The translations under genes were made by a program, and so were the position numbers. Shown here piece after piece: positions 21,400 through 34,800 of a stretch of 64,000 bases of DNA. The notes under the pieces are model-generated. The model had not been told where the DNA came from. It worked only from the letters and a program-made list of their open reading frames with translations, and searched no databases. Positions within the stretch are counted from its first letter, which is position 1. Each line of letters starts with the position of its first letter. Origin of the DNA: Marsupella aquatica (lineage: Eukaryota > Plantae > Marchantiophyta); NCBI GenBank assembly GCA_973895155.1, contig OZ316897.1, positions 12,399,375-12,463,374 of the forward strand, read 5' to 3'.

Positions 21400-24300
21400 A
21401 TGAGCAAGGTTGGGTATTCTGGGGAGCTGCGGAGGGGCCTGTCCGCGGAACTCCCGAAGGTCATCAAGCCTGCATTGAAGGGCCGGATAGTGCACTCTGC
21501 AGAGCTCACCAGCTCAGGAGAACCGGTGGATCCCCGGAGGAGCCAACAAACACCAAGCAAGTCGCCCTTGCAGACACGATTCTCTGAAGATCTAAATGAT
21601 GTTCTTAATACGGATGGTGGACAATATGTGGTAGACATGGATCACAGCTCGATGACCAGTCCGTCACCCGGACGCAGTCACATGAATAGCCCGTGGAAGA
21701 TGGGCAGCGGGACCCCATCTCCAGCTTCAGGGCCCAATCCATGGAACATGAATAATATCCTCAGAGCAGCAAGGGGAGACAGTAGTAGTAGCTTCTTACT
21801 GGAAACTGACGATAGAGATGAGCAGGAGCAGATGGTCGAGGTGATGCTGGACGTTGGACAGGATGGGGTAATGTTGCGCAGTGTAATGCCTAGAGATAGC
21901 GCTCCTTCTCCTATTATGAGTCACCACGAGGCCACGAAGCTGGTGGAAGGGCTGCAACGACAGTCCACGCTTCAGAAGCAGCCGTCGTTGGGGCTAAAGC
22001 ATTCAGCTTCTCTAAAAGTCAAGCAGCTCTCGCAGGAGTTGAAGCGTATATCGCGAACTGGATCCCGAGTATTGTCTGCAAAGTATGCTCATGACTTCGA
22101 TCCCTTGGTCTCCACCGAGAACCAGGCACAACAACCTCCTGCATCAGCGAGCAATGGTGGGCAAGCCCCAGCAACTGGACCTCGTCGTCCTCTCGCGAGA
22201 TCAGCATCTTCCGCGGAACATGCACTTCACGGGCTACGATTCATCCACAAAGCCACTGGAACTACCGCCGACCAGCAAGCCCAATGGGAGGCTGTTAAGG
22301 AACGATTCCACAAGCTTAAGAATGAAGAAGGACTGCTTGCCCGGAAGGAATTCTGTGTCTGCATAGGTATATCCGCACTTCTACCACCTGAGAAAATTAG
22401 TGTGGTTGATTGGAAAGTTATGGGAAATCGCTGGATTGAGCAATCCTTCGTGTTTTTGCTGCACACCATTCTGTTTCTATCCTGATAATGCTCCATCTTT
22501 GGACACCTTCGATGATTCCCGGCTCCAGCTCAGTTGCGTTTATTCGGTTAGTTCCGGATTGCTAGCCTGGGATTCGGGTCTCTGACTCACCTCGTTATCC
22601 CCATTCCTCAGTATAGTCTGTCATTTCTCGGCACCGTTGAAGGCATTCCGCGTGTACACGAATGAATCTATACACCATTCCAGCGGTGTGATCGTTCCTC
22701 TTTTTAGAAATCCTGTAATCCGGGGGTTGTTAGGTGTGCAATGCCAAGAACATGAAAATGATTTTGGAGTGACTCTGGATCAGGGTTGGTAGGCCTCCCG
22801 AGTCAATCCTTTAATTTAATGACAAGTATATAATTCAGTCGAGCACGGAATTGTGACATGATTATGGAATTGGTGCTCCAGATATGAAGGAATCGAAAGA
22901 GTTTGCTGGGGAGCTCTTTGATGCATTGACACGCCGACAAGGTGGCAAAAAGGTGGATGCAATTACCGAAGACCAGCTTTACGAGTATTGGGTGCAGATT
23001 TCTGATCAAAGTTTTGATGCTCGCATGCAGATCTTCTTCGACTTGTAAGTGCTCCCTCTAATCTGGAAACCTGCGTATGTCCCACTGACCAGGTTGCCGT
23101 GATTGTCCTCAAGGGATCACTATTTCCTATTGCTGATCTCCCAGTTGATCTCATGACTTAATTGATTCGCTGACGCGAATTCTCTTGCTTTACAGGTGTG
23201 ACAAAAACGCGGATGGGCGAATTTCAGAAGCTGAAGTAAAAGAGGTAATCAATCTAAGCCCTTGTGAATTCGGCAGATCGAGAGGCCACAAAGTAAACGT
23301 GGAACAACACGACGTATTGATTGACGGATTTGGACGTCGGATACATTAGTATAGGAGCGGCAGCTGAGCAATTGAAGTGCGTGATCTTTGGCAGGTCATC
23401 ATGTTGAGCGCTTCATCAAACAGGCTATCTCAGCTTAAAGAACAGGCGGAAGAATATGCTGCTCTAATCATGGAAGAGCTGGACCAAGAAAACAACGGTT
23501 ATATTGAGGTGCGTGATCGACAGAGTTTAGGTTCTCCAACTAAATTAGACTGCATCAACGATCCCCTAAAAGTATTGTTTCTGCCTCCCTGAAACCGCTC
23601 CCTCGCGCTAACTCGACCGAATTTCCGTCGATGCTGCTTGACTTCGCAGTTATGGCAGCTGGAGGCTTTGATGCGAGGCCCTGTTGGAGGTATTACGAGG
23701 GATTCATATTTGCAGTACAGCCAGAGTCTGGCCCCTCAGAGGCCGAAGGGGAGACTCACGCGTTGGTCTTATGGAACAAAGTACTTCTTCGCGGACAATA
23801 TGAAACGCATCTGGGTTATTCTGCTCTGGTTCGCAGTGATGGCAGGGTTGGCGACGTGGAAATTCATTCAGTATCGGAATCGAGCTGCGTTTGAGGTCAT
23901 GGGAACCTGTCTGCCAATCGCCAAGGGAGCTGCGGAGACGCTCAAATTGAACATGGCCCTGATTCTTCTTCCCGTGTGCCGGAACACCATAACGTGGCTT
24001 CGCCCTTACTTGGGACGATTCGTCCCGTTTGATGATAATCTCAACTTCCACAAGGTTAGTTTTCCTTCTCGTGACGAGCTCTTCTATCAGCGACGTGCCC
24101 GCTACTTTGCTCAAGATCTTCAATCCAGCAGAATTTACGTACGAGTCCGAGATCTTTCTATGGTTGTCTTAATCATCTGCTACCAACATAGCTTCTCATC
24201 GTCTTTGTCTGTTTCTTCAGTTCAAGGACTGAGGTGAATCTTAATCTCATGATCCCCAATTGCTAATTCGTCCTACGAGCCAGAAAATACTACGAGCCAC

Positions 24301-27300
24301 AAAAACAGCATATGATTCATGAATCTCGTAGAAACATGGTTGCTGACGTTCCGTCCCGACGTTTTTTAGCCGATTGATGATCTCTGTTGAACATGATCGC
24401 AGGTGATCGCCGCCGCTATTGCGATTGCGATTCTGTTTCATGCAGGGATTCATTTGACCTGTGATTTCCCGCGTATAATCATGGCCAGCCACGCTTTATT
24501 CGACCGATCTGTAGGAGATGACTTCCACTACCATCAACCGGATTACTGGTGGTTTTTGACGTCTTGGGAGGGTGTCACCGGAGTCCTCTTGGTGATTCTA
24601 ATGAGCATCTCCTTTACTTTCGCTACCAAATGGTTCAGGAGGAGTCTCATCAAGTTGCCGTGGCCCTTCCAAAACATCACGGGATTCAACGCCTTCTGGT
24701 ACACCCATCACTTGTTCGTGTTCGTGTATATCCTGTTCATTCTACACGGAACACTCCTCATCCTCAGCCATGGTTTCTGGAACAAAACGGTATTTCCGAA
24801 GGACCCTTCTATGGATTATTACAAGCTGTTTACGCCGGATCTACTTTTGCAAATCATTATCACGAGCTCAATTATCTTTGTCCATGGGGACCATCTCCTC
24901 GAAGATTGAAAAGATCTTAATGATTTCAGTCAACTTCAGCCCTCTAGAGTTGACCCCGAAATTAATCCCGTTGTTGTATCCTCATGTAGACGTGGATGTA
25001 TGTCGCGGTTCCATTACTCATTTATTGCGGCGAGCGCACTCTGCGATCCATCCGCGCGGGCAATTACGAGGTTAAAGTTGTGAAGGTACGCTTTTCCTTC
25101 GACCGAAAGGCTTGGTTTTGCAATCACAAGCCCCTTTTTAAGGATTCAATGTACGATTCTGCCTTCCGATCCAGTCTGATTATACATCACCGAACGGTTC
25201 AAGGAGTGATGTTATAATGTGGAAGGCGGAGACTAATGCGGACACTGACTGCACTTTTGCACCTTTCCCAATTTCCCGCAGGCTGCGATCTATCCAGGGA
25301 ATGTCCTGTCCCTGCATTTCGTGAAGCCCTCCAACTTCAAGTACAAGAGCGGCATGTACATGTTCCTCAAGTGTCCGGATATTTCGCCTTTCGAATGGTA
25401 AGATCTAGACTTCTACTTCGTGATAATTGATTCTTCTCCTCTCCGATGCCACCTTTCTTCCCTCCCTCATCAGCCCCGTGAATTAAGGGCAGCACGAGGA
25501 GAAAGCAAACATTTTCCCAGCTCAGTTTTGTCTGGAACCTGTCGGACAGGCACGCGTTTCTCGTCGAAGTCCACGCAGCCGTCTGTTTTTGTCGCGGAGA
25601 CCTCGAAATTCAATCGGTCTTCGGCTAGTCTTCAGCCACCACAGATTACGCTGCAAAAGCGAAGTGCTATCGGACTCTGATGGCTCGGTTAACAACTGTC
25701 GTGGGGGTTATTTTGGAATGATGGGGGTTTACAGCAGCTTTTCCGGCCCCAGTGACGTCGAATCTTTTGCCAGTGCCAATGCCCCCCACCGACCCCCAAT
25801 GAGCATGGCAGCTTTGCAATATCGTGCTGCATTGCATCGAAGATTGTGTAGACTTTTCTTCGACTCGTGACTCGGTCTGGACAACCGTGGAAGTTCGGCA
25901 GTATGGGCATGATTACGTTCATTGCTTCTCGCTGGCATTAGTAAGGTGTGGACATTTTATAAATAGCTGGAGTGGACTGGAAGACTGGTGGGGACGGAGC
26001 TGCGAATGGGATCTGCTGCGAATGTGACGGACACAGAAATCAGTCGCTGATTTTCCTTTATTAAATTGGTGGATGCAGGCATCCTTTTTCAATCACTTCG
26101 GCACCAGGCGACGCGTATCTTAGCGTCCACATTCGAACATTGGGCGACTGGACCACTGCTCTGAGGACTCTCTTCCAAGAGGTGCGTCAGGGTAAAGTCG
26201 TTAATTTAGTGGATGAAGTTTTTACGACAGATCTCCCGATTTTATTCCCTTGACTTTGCTAACGTCTGTTAGAGTCTCCTGCATGTTATTGAGCTGTTAT
26301 ACTTAGTTCCTCCTAACTGTCGAGGAGATGAAAGGATGTGGACTGCAAGCTGGAAGGGGACCCACTCCGGAGGGAGACAATCTCTCGGTTGTTTTGTTTC
26401 TGTTTCTCCAATAATTTCGCTGACCGAGACGACTGATCAGACGACCGAATAATTAACGCCCTCGCCGCGTACTTGCAGGCATCGGGCGGGAAGAAGAGGC
26501 TACAGACCGTGAACAACTGGGGCCTGAGTGGAGAGTTGGTGCAGAACGTGTGGTGAGTATCGGAGTTTAATATAATCGTTGTCCTTGCTCTCGCACGTCC
26601 TCATTGCACTGTACTTCATTTGTTTTTCCTTCTCTCTCTAGCTGCTGTCCATGGCCCATAATCCTTGACTGCGATTGCCCAGACTCCCCTGTCGAGACAT
26701 CATGCTTCGCCACTTGTAGTAGCATAAATCCCGAATTTTCTCTGCACTGGTCTTATCTCTCAAGCAATTGGCTGGATGATCACGTTTCGCCGTTTCTAAC
26801 TCTGAACTTTTAAGTACGGAAGTACGGATTGCACGAGAATTTTGCGCTCGTTCGCATGATCATATTTGGCTTTATTATGGATCGAAGAGAGCGGTGGCAT
26901 GCGGAGTACTACGTGAATTTATACTTATATATTGTTTAAGTTCTTTTTCTGTTCGTGCGTCATTGCAGCTTCCCCAAAGTGTGCATCGATGGACCTTACG
27001 GGGCACCCGCTCAGGACTACCTGCAGTATGACGTACTTCTCTTGGTTGGGCTTGGAATTGGTGCCACTCCCTTCATCAGCATTCTCAAAGACATGTTGAA
27101 CAACATCAGAGAAGTACGCTTTCGCTTCCTTGGCACTTCGAATTCGAGGACGTTTTTTCTGGTCGTGATGCTTTGCCTCAATGAAGCTAATCTCGTCACA
27201 CTCAAGAACCTTCTTCCCTGTTTTTCCCTTCTGGATTCTCTAAAAATCCTGTAAAAACAGGTCCTACGGGTAGAATTCTTGATACAGTACTTTCAACCAC

Positions 27301-28489
27301 ACTGATTGGTTTGGATTTGATTTTCCTTGCAGACCTCGCCGTATGCCAATAAGCATGTCAATATGGTGAACTCAGACGTATCGGTAATCTCCAACGGGTC
27401 CGTGCAATCAACTCCTTCATCCATCTTTTCCAGCTCCTCGATTAGCACATCGTCCGGCCGCGAAGACTCTATGAATTCCTCCCTCAGCTATGCACTGGGT
27501 GGTAGTAGAAGCTCAGAAGCAGAGAAACCACTGGCTGCTAGAAAAACAGATTCAGAAAAGCAACCAGCTTCAGAACCGGTGAAGAAGAAGCATCGCAGAG
27601 GAGGAAATGGTACGACCAACGCGTATTTCTACTGGGTTACCCGAGAGCAAGGGTCCTTCGATTGGTTCCGAGGAGTGATGAAAGAAGTTGAAGAAATTGA
27701 TCACAAGGTCAGCCGAATCAATGTCGCAATTTCTTGTCTGTATTTCTCTCTTTACGCCGTCTACATCGTTGCATTTATCAGCCTCCAGAAACCAGAAATG
27801 TTGGTTCAGAGAAGCTTGTTACACATTCTTACTCAGCTTCTCAATTTGCTTTGCTGGGAATTTGGACTCACTTACTCCCGGTGATGTGATAACAGCGAGT
27901 AATTGAGATGCATAATTATTTGACTAGCGTGTACGAGGAAGGCGATGCCCGATCGGCCTTAATTATGATGGTCCAAGCACTCCATCACGCAAAGAATGGT
28001 GTCGACTTCGTATCAGGAACTAGGGTGAGCCCATTTACTGATACTGCTTCCCGGCCAAGATTTCCTGTATACGTTGTGGCTTTTCCTGGTTCAAATCATT
28101 GGAGGAGTTAATTGAGATCATCTTTTCTCTGAATGCAGGCACGAACGCATTTTGCACGACCCAACTGGAAGAAGGTTTTCTCAAATTTAGCAGCTACACA
28201 CAAAGGGAAGCGAATTGGTGAGTAACCTGTTGCCTGGCAGGCCTTGGGTTCCAGGTGACATCAATTCGTGCTGTACTTCAACTTGAATTCAACGTAGAAA
28301 CTAGGCTTCTAGCGAGGTATGGTTACAAGGCGCTGGTCTTCAATTTCACTCAACATAGTTTTCTCTCGTTTACCCGCAGGTGTTTTCTACTGTGGGCCCG
28401 CTGTTCTAGCTAAGGAGCTGGACCACCTGTCCAAGAGATATACACACAAGTCGACGACGAGGTTCGAGTTCCACAAGGAGAACTTCTAG
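21400..28489 (+). CDS. RBOH: Respiratory burst oxidase homolog (plasma-membrane NADPH oxidase), 15 exons, 1103 aa
   Basis: GT-AG exons 21400-22366, 22882-23044, 23196-23244, 23395-23508, 23650-24054, 24403-24789, 24990-25085, 25282-25397, 26079-26181, 26479-26552, 26969-27113, 27333-27707, 27896-28024, 28139-28217, 28380-28489 sum to 3312 nt in frame. Motifs: ALHGLRFI; EF-hands [12 protein letters not shown] and DQENNGYIE; [22 protein letters not shown]; FNAFWYTHH; HPFSITSAP; IDGPYG; GLGIGATP; [16 protein letters not shown]; VFYCG; terminal FHKENF*. Confidence 0.96.
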
Positions 28490-31139
28490 AGCATGCCTCC
28501 CTCAAATCGACTAGCAAGTCAAGTACTCATTGTAGATGAACGTGTAAATGTAGAAACCTCCATCCTTGTACACTAAGTTATACTGGGTAGGTGTCCCTTA
28601 GCTCAATGTGATGGGACACGCCACAATTTTTTTAGCTAGAATCTATAGACCACGAATCACCGCTGGAATCATCCCCAAGATTGCCTAATGACTTAACGGG
28701 TCAATCAATTTTCCAATCGTCCTGTGAATTGATTGTCCAATGGAGGTCAGTGCATCAGAAGCGGAGATTGAAAAATGGGTGACAAATGAAGCATCGGTAG
28801 CATACTTGGGGTTGGGTAATATTGAATTCGAGAAAAGATGGAGCTGAGCAGATGAAGACGGAGCAGGAGAGTAAACATGTATTGAGTGTATGTATGAATT
28901 TCAAGTTTAGTGCTGAGAGGAGGGAACATAGAAGAGGAGAAAAATACCTCTCTTGACCTCGGTAGGGAGGCCGTTTAGCATGTAGAGTAATTCTTTGAGC
29001 TTTTGTCCTATACCCAGCTGAAAAGTGATGATTGGCGGCATGGCTGGTGCCGCCAGCCAATTTGTGGCTAATTTATATGCTGCGCCCCTTTTTCGGAAAT
29101 AACTTTCGTCCGTCAAGTTCAACGCATACCGACTCGTTTCTACTTGACTAGTGGATGAACAGTTCGTTTCTCGCAACATTGAATAACGAAGTAAACTCAC
29201 TTCAACATTCTGAGACAGCTCCAGGACATGGAAGTAGACCGTGTCTAGACTTTACTTATTGGAAGAATAGAAACTACCATGAAATTAGGCACAGGTCATT
29301 TAAGTTGTGGAGACTGACGCAGATTTACATACGAATCAAAGTGAAGATTGGGATTTCACGGCTACCCAAGTGAGGGAGATTTTCCACAGATCACAACGTC
29401 GAAAACCCAATTGATAAAATGAATGACTGAAATTACTATACTGTATTCAAGTGCACAGGTTTAACAGAACATCAAGCAATACAACTTCAATGCGTGATAA
29501 GCACGTTCACCAGAACTGGACATAATTATACATACAATTTAAAAGCACGATAAACACGTTCACCAGAACTGGACATAATCATGCAATCCGGCAAAAGCAT
29601 GCGATACTTTCAGCAGAACTGGACACTCTGATTCATGTGGGTACGCTAGATTGAATTGGCTCGCAGTAGAGCACAGACCACAGCTGGATGTGAAGCACAC
29701 TACTGACCTGCCCATCAGACCATGGAGCGATGATCGAGTCGGGGAGTCGGAATTCGGGAATTGGCAATGTTCCCACATTCTGCGCACGTGCATGCCAGCC
29801 ACTGCCAGCACAATCGGCGGCCACCCTTAATCAACGAGGTTGGGGTTGCTTTAACTTTTCTTTAATTCAACATAGGGAAACCAAACCGGCTTATTTTTTA
29901 GATGCTAATTTTCGCCAGATTCCACCTCCCCAAAAAGTGTTTGCCACTTTTGGCAAAAATTGACCAGATTGTTTATTTACCATCAGCCAGTTTCCAGCCC
30001 AGTCATAAACCCCAGTCGCCAAAATCTATCAGTCATGCTTAAGTCTAGAGAGATCTAACGGTCAGGGAAAAATTCAGGAACACAGATAATGAATATTTCT
30101 AACATCTTCTCCTCCACAGAGGCTAACATTGGCCAAAAAAGAAGAAGTTAAAAATACACCTAGCCAAAATAACCCTTTGTAAGAGCATTCATTTGGCATC
30201 AGTGTTAGGGTTGCCATTGCCAGTTCATATCCATCTTGTAAAGGTAGGGTATGTGTTAATTTTTTTCACTTTGAGATTCACAGCGCTTGGCAGAAATCAC
30301 ATAGCATCAAAGTTCAAATTCTCAAGGTGAATCCACCTTTCAGATTTTGTCTTACTCAAATTTTTTGTGTCATGTATTTTTATTTCAATGTGCCTTATCA
30401 AGTGGGAGCCTTTGTATCATATACATTTTAAATTAATTTTTAGACCCCTTTAACTTTAGGTATTCTAGAGTATTTTGAACTTATTTTGGTAGCTCCCTTA
30501 TAGCTTTTAAAGTTTATGATCTCGTAGAGATGAAACCAACGGCTCCACCACTTGAAAAAGCATTCTCATGAGTGAGAGAATGATTTTGAATAACATGAAC
30601 ACACTAGCCCCAAATACCCCTTCTTTGAACGTGAATAGCCGGGAGGACAATAAAAATGTCACCAAAATATATCTTTATTCACATATTTTGAAGGTTAATG
30701 AAATGATAAAAAAATTATCATGCATATCATCATTTTAATAATCAGACAGAACATATCATAGTATCCTTTTCTATGCACATCCCTAGTTTTTCTATCCTAC
30801 ATCCCACTTATGCACATATAATATGGTGGGGCCATAGAGATCAGATTTTAATATAAATAGAAGTCATAACAAAAAGCAGTCATGATTATCATTTGACATG
30901 ACATACATCATAGACATGAGTTTTCTCATCATTCCACATGATGAGCCATGGAGTGAGTGTCTAGAGGCTTCACTCTATAAGCCTAGGCCCAATTCTAGCT
31001 TGTAGTTGCATATTTATAAGTAAGATAGTGTCTTAAGTTCCCCTCGTCTCTTTCTTTCCTAAGTTTACGGGTTTTATTGAAATGACTCATTCATAAGGCA
31101 CATTAAATTAAGTGTACAAACATAGCATCTTTGTGTGAT

Positions 31140-31310
31140 AAAACTTGACTGTATTTTTCATTGGTCACTGTGCTTTTCTTGGCAGGCACTTTACTTTCAT
31201 TATTTTATCCTCCTAGTTATGCTCTCATAATTTATTTACTTTCAAGTCGATCACTACAAGACAAAAAAATCAAACATGCTCCAGGATGAGCATGCTATAT
31301 GCTATATAGG
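31140..31310 (+). repeat. Dispersed repeat (second copy of 15080-15293) with subterminal hairpin
   Basis: CACTACAAGACAAAAAAATCAAACATGCTC at 31252; hairpin CATGCTC-CAGGAT-GAGCATG at 31275-31294. Confidence 0.5.
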
Positions 31311-31766
31311 GACCATCAGTGAAGTTTCCAGACCCTGGGCACACGTATGGTTTGGTGGAATTGGAATTAGCACTATCAATGGTAAGTCTCACCATCTTAT
31401 GAGCATATTTAGGGCACTCATACTAGTCTATACTATAATTTACCATCAAAGTCTATCATGATTGGAGTCTGGTCCAGGAAGTCCTTCATGTGCATAAGCA
31501 GTTGGGCTAGTGGATAACCTGTGGTATGGAATATTTAGATATTTAGAACTTACTAGTGAGGAGGGATGGGCATGGGGAGTCTGGGTACTGGGAGCCTTCC
31601 TTGTGCATAAGCACAGGTAATCAGCCTAGTGAGGACACTTTGAGTCAGACAGTGGTGGCTGTACAAGAAGTCAGCCCAGGGCACTTGTGCCTTTGTTTCA
31701 CCAAAGCAAACTAGAGCCAACTCTTTTTAAAAGGTCAATTCCAAACCATTCAATAAAATAATGAAA

Positions 31767-31818
31767 ATCAGTTGTCAATGAAGGAGCCAAAAGTTTGGAC
31801 CCTTCATTGACAACTGAT
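31767..31818. repeat. Perfect 18-bp inverted repeat (hairpin)
   Basis: ATCAGTTGTCAATGAAGG-agccaaaagtttggac-CCTTCATTGACAACTGAT. Confidence 0.9.
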
Positions 31819-34800
31819 ATGAAGGGGCCACCTCTTAAAGTGGTTTAAATTCTACCCAAAATAAGCACTCAACATAGCATTCACCTGTGGCCACTACTTG
31901 CTATGATGTAGGTTTGGTATACACCATATAACTCAATGGGCCCCCTAGTTCTTGAATGTAAAGCCAACAGCACTTGCCTTGCAGTTCCACTCATTACCCA
32001 GTCCAGATTTATCTTAGAGTGCTCAACAAAAAGAAGACAATGGGCCCCAACATCTTGTAAAGACACCCTGAGTTGTGGGCAGGAACTGCCTTGTCCTCTG
32101 GCCACAAACACATATTGCATGCACGGGTTCACCCAAGCTGCTGCATGCAAATCCTATCACAAAGCACTCAATATCACAATCCAATGTACAGGGGCAGGGA
32201 GGGAATGTGAACAAGGTGCAGGATGCAAACATGTGGCAGTGCAACAAGCGTCGATGTGTTTTGCCAAGCCTGGGAAAGTGTATTACGCACCCGCAAAAAT
32301 GGCGGAAATGCCAGTTGGCATTCGAAATGGGACCATGCCTGGAAAAAGCACAGGCACAGGTGCAAACTGAAAATGCCCCCACCCAGAAAGCGACACAGAT
32401 GCAAGGCCTCATCTCAACCCGGGAGCACTATGGTAAGATATTGGTACTGAAGAAATCCCTAATTATTGACTTGAAATAGAAATGGCCATGCACTAAGTCA
32501 AACCAGAAATTAAGGAGCCCTAAAGAAAAACTCCCAGCCATTAGGCAGTGTGACTTTCAGACCTGTTTGGAGTCACTACTCATTAGCCTACAGGTCTCTC
32601 AGTGTTGGCAGCTGCCATCAAAAGGCTATTGCTCGAAATGTATGTAGCATTTAGCAATTTGTTGTGTGGAATCTCTGGTAAAGGTACACAGCAGCCTCAA
32701 AAGATGGATCTCCCACCTCGTTTTCATTGACCACAACATTCAATGAAAAAGAGGTGAGAGGATAGGCTACAAACATTGGTCAAGCAGAGTGGCCAATGAC
32801 CCAGCAAGACGTTGGCAAGTATGGCTGATGTCAAGAACAGTCTGGACACTCCGTTCATATGACAGGAACCTACAGCGTTCATTGCAATTAGCGTTACTCA
32901 GACTAATTCTGGTGAGGCAAATTCTCTGCTACACTCATGCATTACATTTATTTGCATGTATTTCAAACACCTTCTTTTGCCCAATGGAACGAAGGTGGGT
33001 GCCCCAGGTTCTGCATGAAAATCTGCAGCCCCATGCATGGATTGGTGTACATTACTGATATATATATCATTGCCAAAGAACAAAAAGCGGGGATCGAGAG
33101 ATGATACCAATGGCAAGACACCCTATAAAAGGGGAAACAAAGAAAAATCTAGAAATAGTGTCCAGCCAGCCAAAAAGCCCAAGAGCCTGAGGGTCTCGAA
33201 CAAGAGCAACAAAACTAAAGCCTTACTGAGCAACAAATCAAAAGCCTTGTACAGCTCCAAAGTAAACCCAATAGTAGGGTCACAAAGAGGAATTCCTCGG
33301 TCACCAACTATTCCCTTTTTAGTGTTACTATAGTAACACTAATTTCCCTTCACACTGATTAGATGCTAACACTAATATTGTGAAGGGTATACATTACTAG
33401 TTTTCTGAGCTTCTCTGAGGAGCTTGAAATTTTTTAACCTTGATGTTTCTCAAAGAGTCCTAGCAAAGCACAAACTAAGGACTGACTCACTGGGTTCTTC
33501 AATGAATAAAAATAATTGAAAAGACTGTTTAGGTTGGTTGCACTTTCTAATGTTGTAGAGCAATTCTCAGATACTACGATCTTCTTCAAAATCCAAAAAC
33601 AAACCCATTAACACTTGAGAAATTTGGCCACCAATCAAGTAGTGGCCAATATTTGAACTTCTAACTAAAGATATTTTCTCAAACAAATGTAATCAAATAG
33701 TTATGTTCTTGTTTCAGGAACTATGAAGCCCCTTTCAATGGACCTCTAGGTTTCTGGAAATGCTCCTATGGTTTCTTGCAACCCAGATAGACCACATTGC
33801 ATCCACTATTAGCAAACATCCATAATTAGTCCATCCCAGTTGTGTGGTTTCTATCTACAGTGCATGGGACATCATATTCATCCGTTAAGGTATCCTCAAA
33901 AAAGAAAGGCTACAAACTAAAAGTAAATAAGATCACTGAGTTATGTAGGGTGATCAAAGATGACATCACTCTTACCCTAAGGAACCACGAGCTTAAAGGG
34001 ACTTTCTACGACCCCAAGGGCAAAACACTGTGCTGGCAAGCCCCATATGGTACGATAGGCGACAGTTCCTGATATTTCAAAGTCTGTTGCAACTCTAACC
34101 AACCAAAGTTCAGTCAAGAATTTGAGGAATGATATAAAGTTGAAGATGCCATGGCTGCTTGGACAAACCAACGAAAAGTTCAGCCAAGAGTTTGAGAAAG
34201 GTCTTGAAGTTGAAGATGCCATGATTGATTGGAGAGTGGGACCATTATAATTGAGAGATTTATACGATTTTTGGAGGAGAGTGAGATATAGCTCTAAGAG
34301 AGGGTTGAAGCAGGCACTGCAGAGTCAGAGTGTTTTCTTAGACAACTACAGGATGCCCATGGTCCACAATGCTCTGGTAAAAGGACCCTAATCATTTAAG
34401 GCATAAACAAATTTTCTCCTTTTCCCTTTTTAGTAAAAGTGGAGGAGCAGTTCCTTAATTAATGTGTCTGGCCACAAATATTGAGTGTGCATTCATCATT
34501 CTCCATAGAAATCTATGTTTGTATTTTTGTAAAATCGCTATGGGCACTAGGAGACAATTTCAAAATGTCTCTCCTGGGCTAAGTAGTGAGCTTGATACCT
34601 CCTCATGACAGTCCAGTTCATCTCAATCACATGGTTCGCGGGTATTAATGTTATCTTCACTCTCAAGCCCAATAATTAAAATCCCAAATCCAGTGTAGTA
34701 GTGTACAGTGTGCTGGATTCACATGAATTAGGCATGGTAGACTTGAAGTCGGTGCAGTTAACATAAATGCCAGCGCTATCGGCGGTGAAGGGCAGCTTGT

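Noticed and set aside
31936-32479. Cys-rich overlapping ORFs (144 and 134 aa)
   Set aside because: No recognisable domain or splice structure; probably TE debris and not callable without a search.
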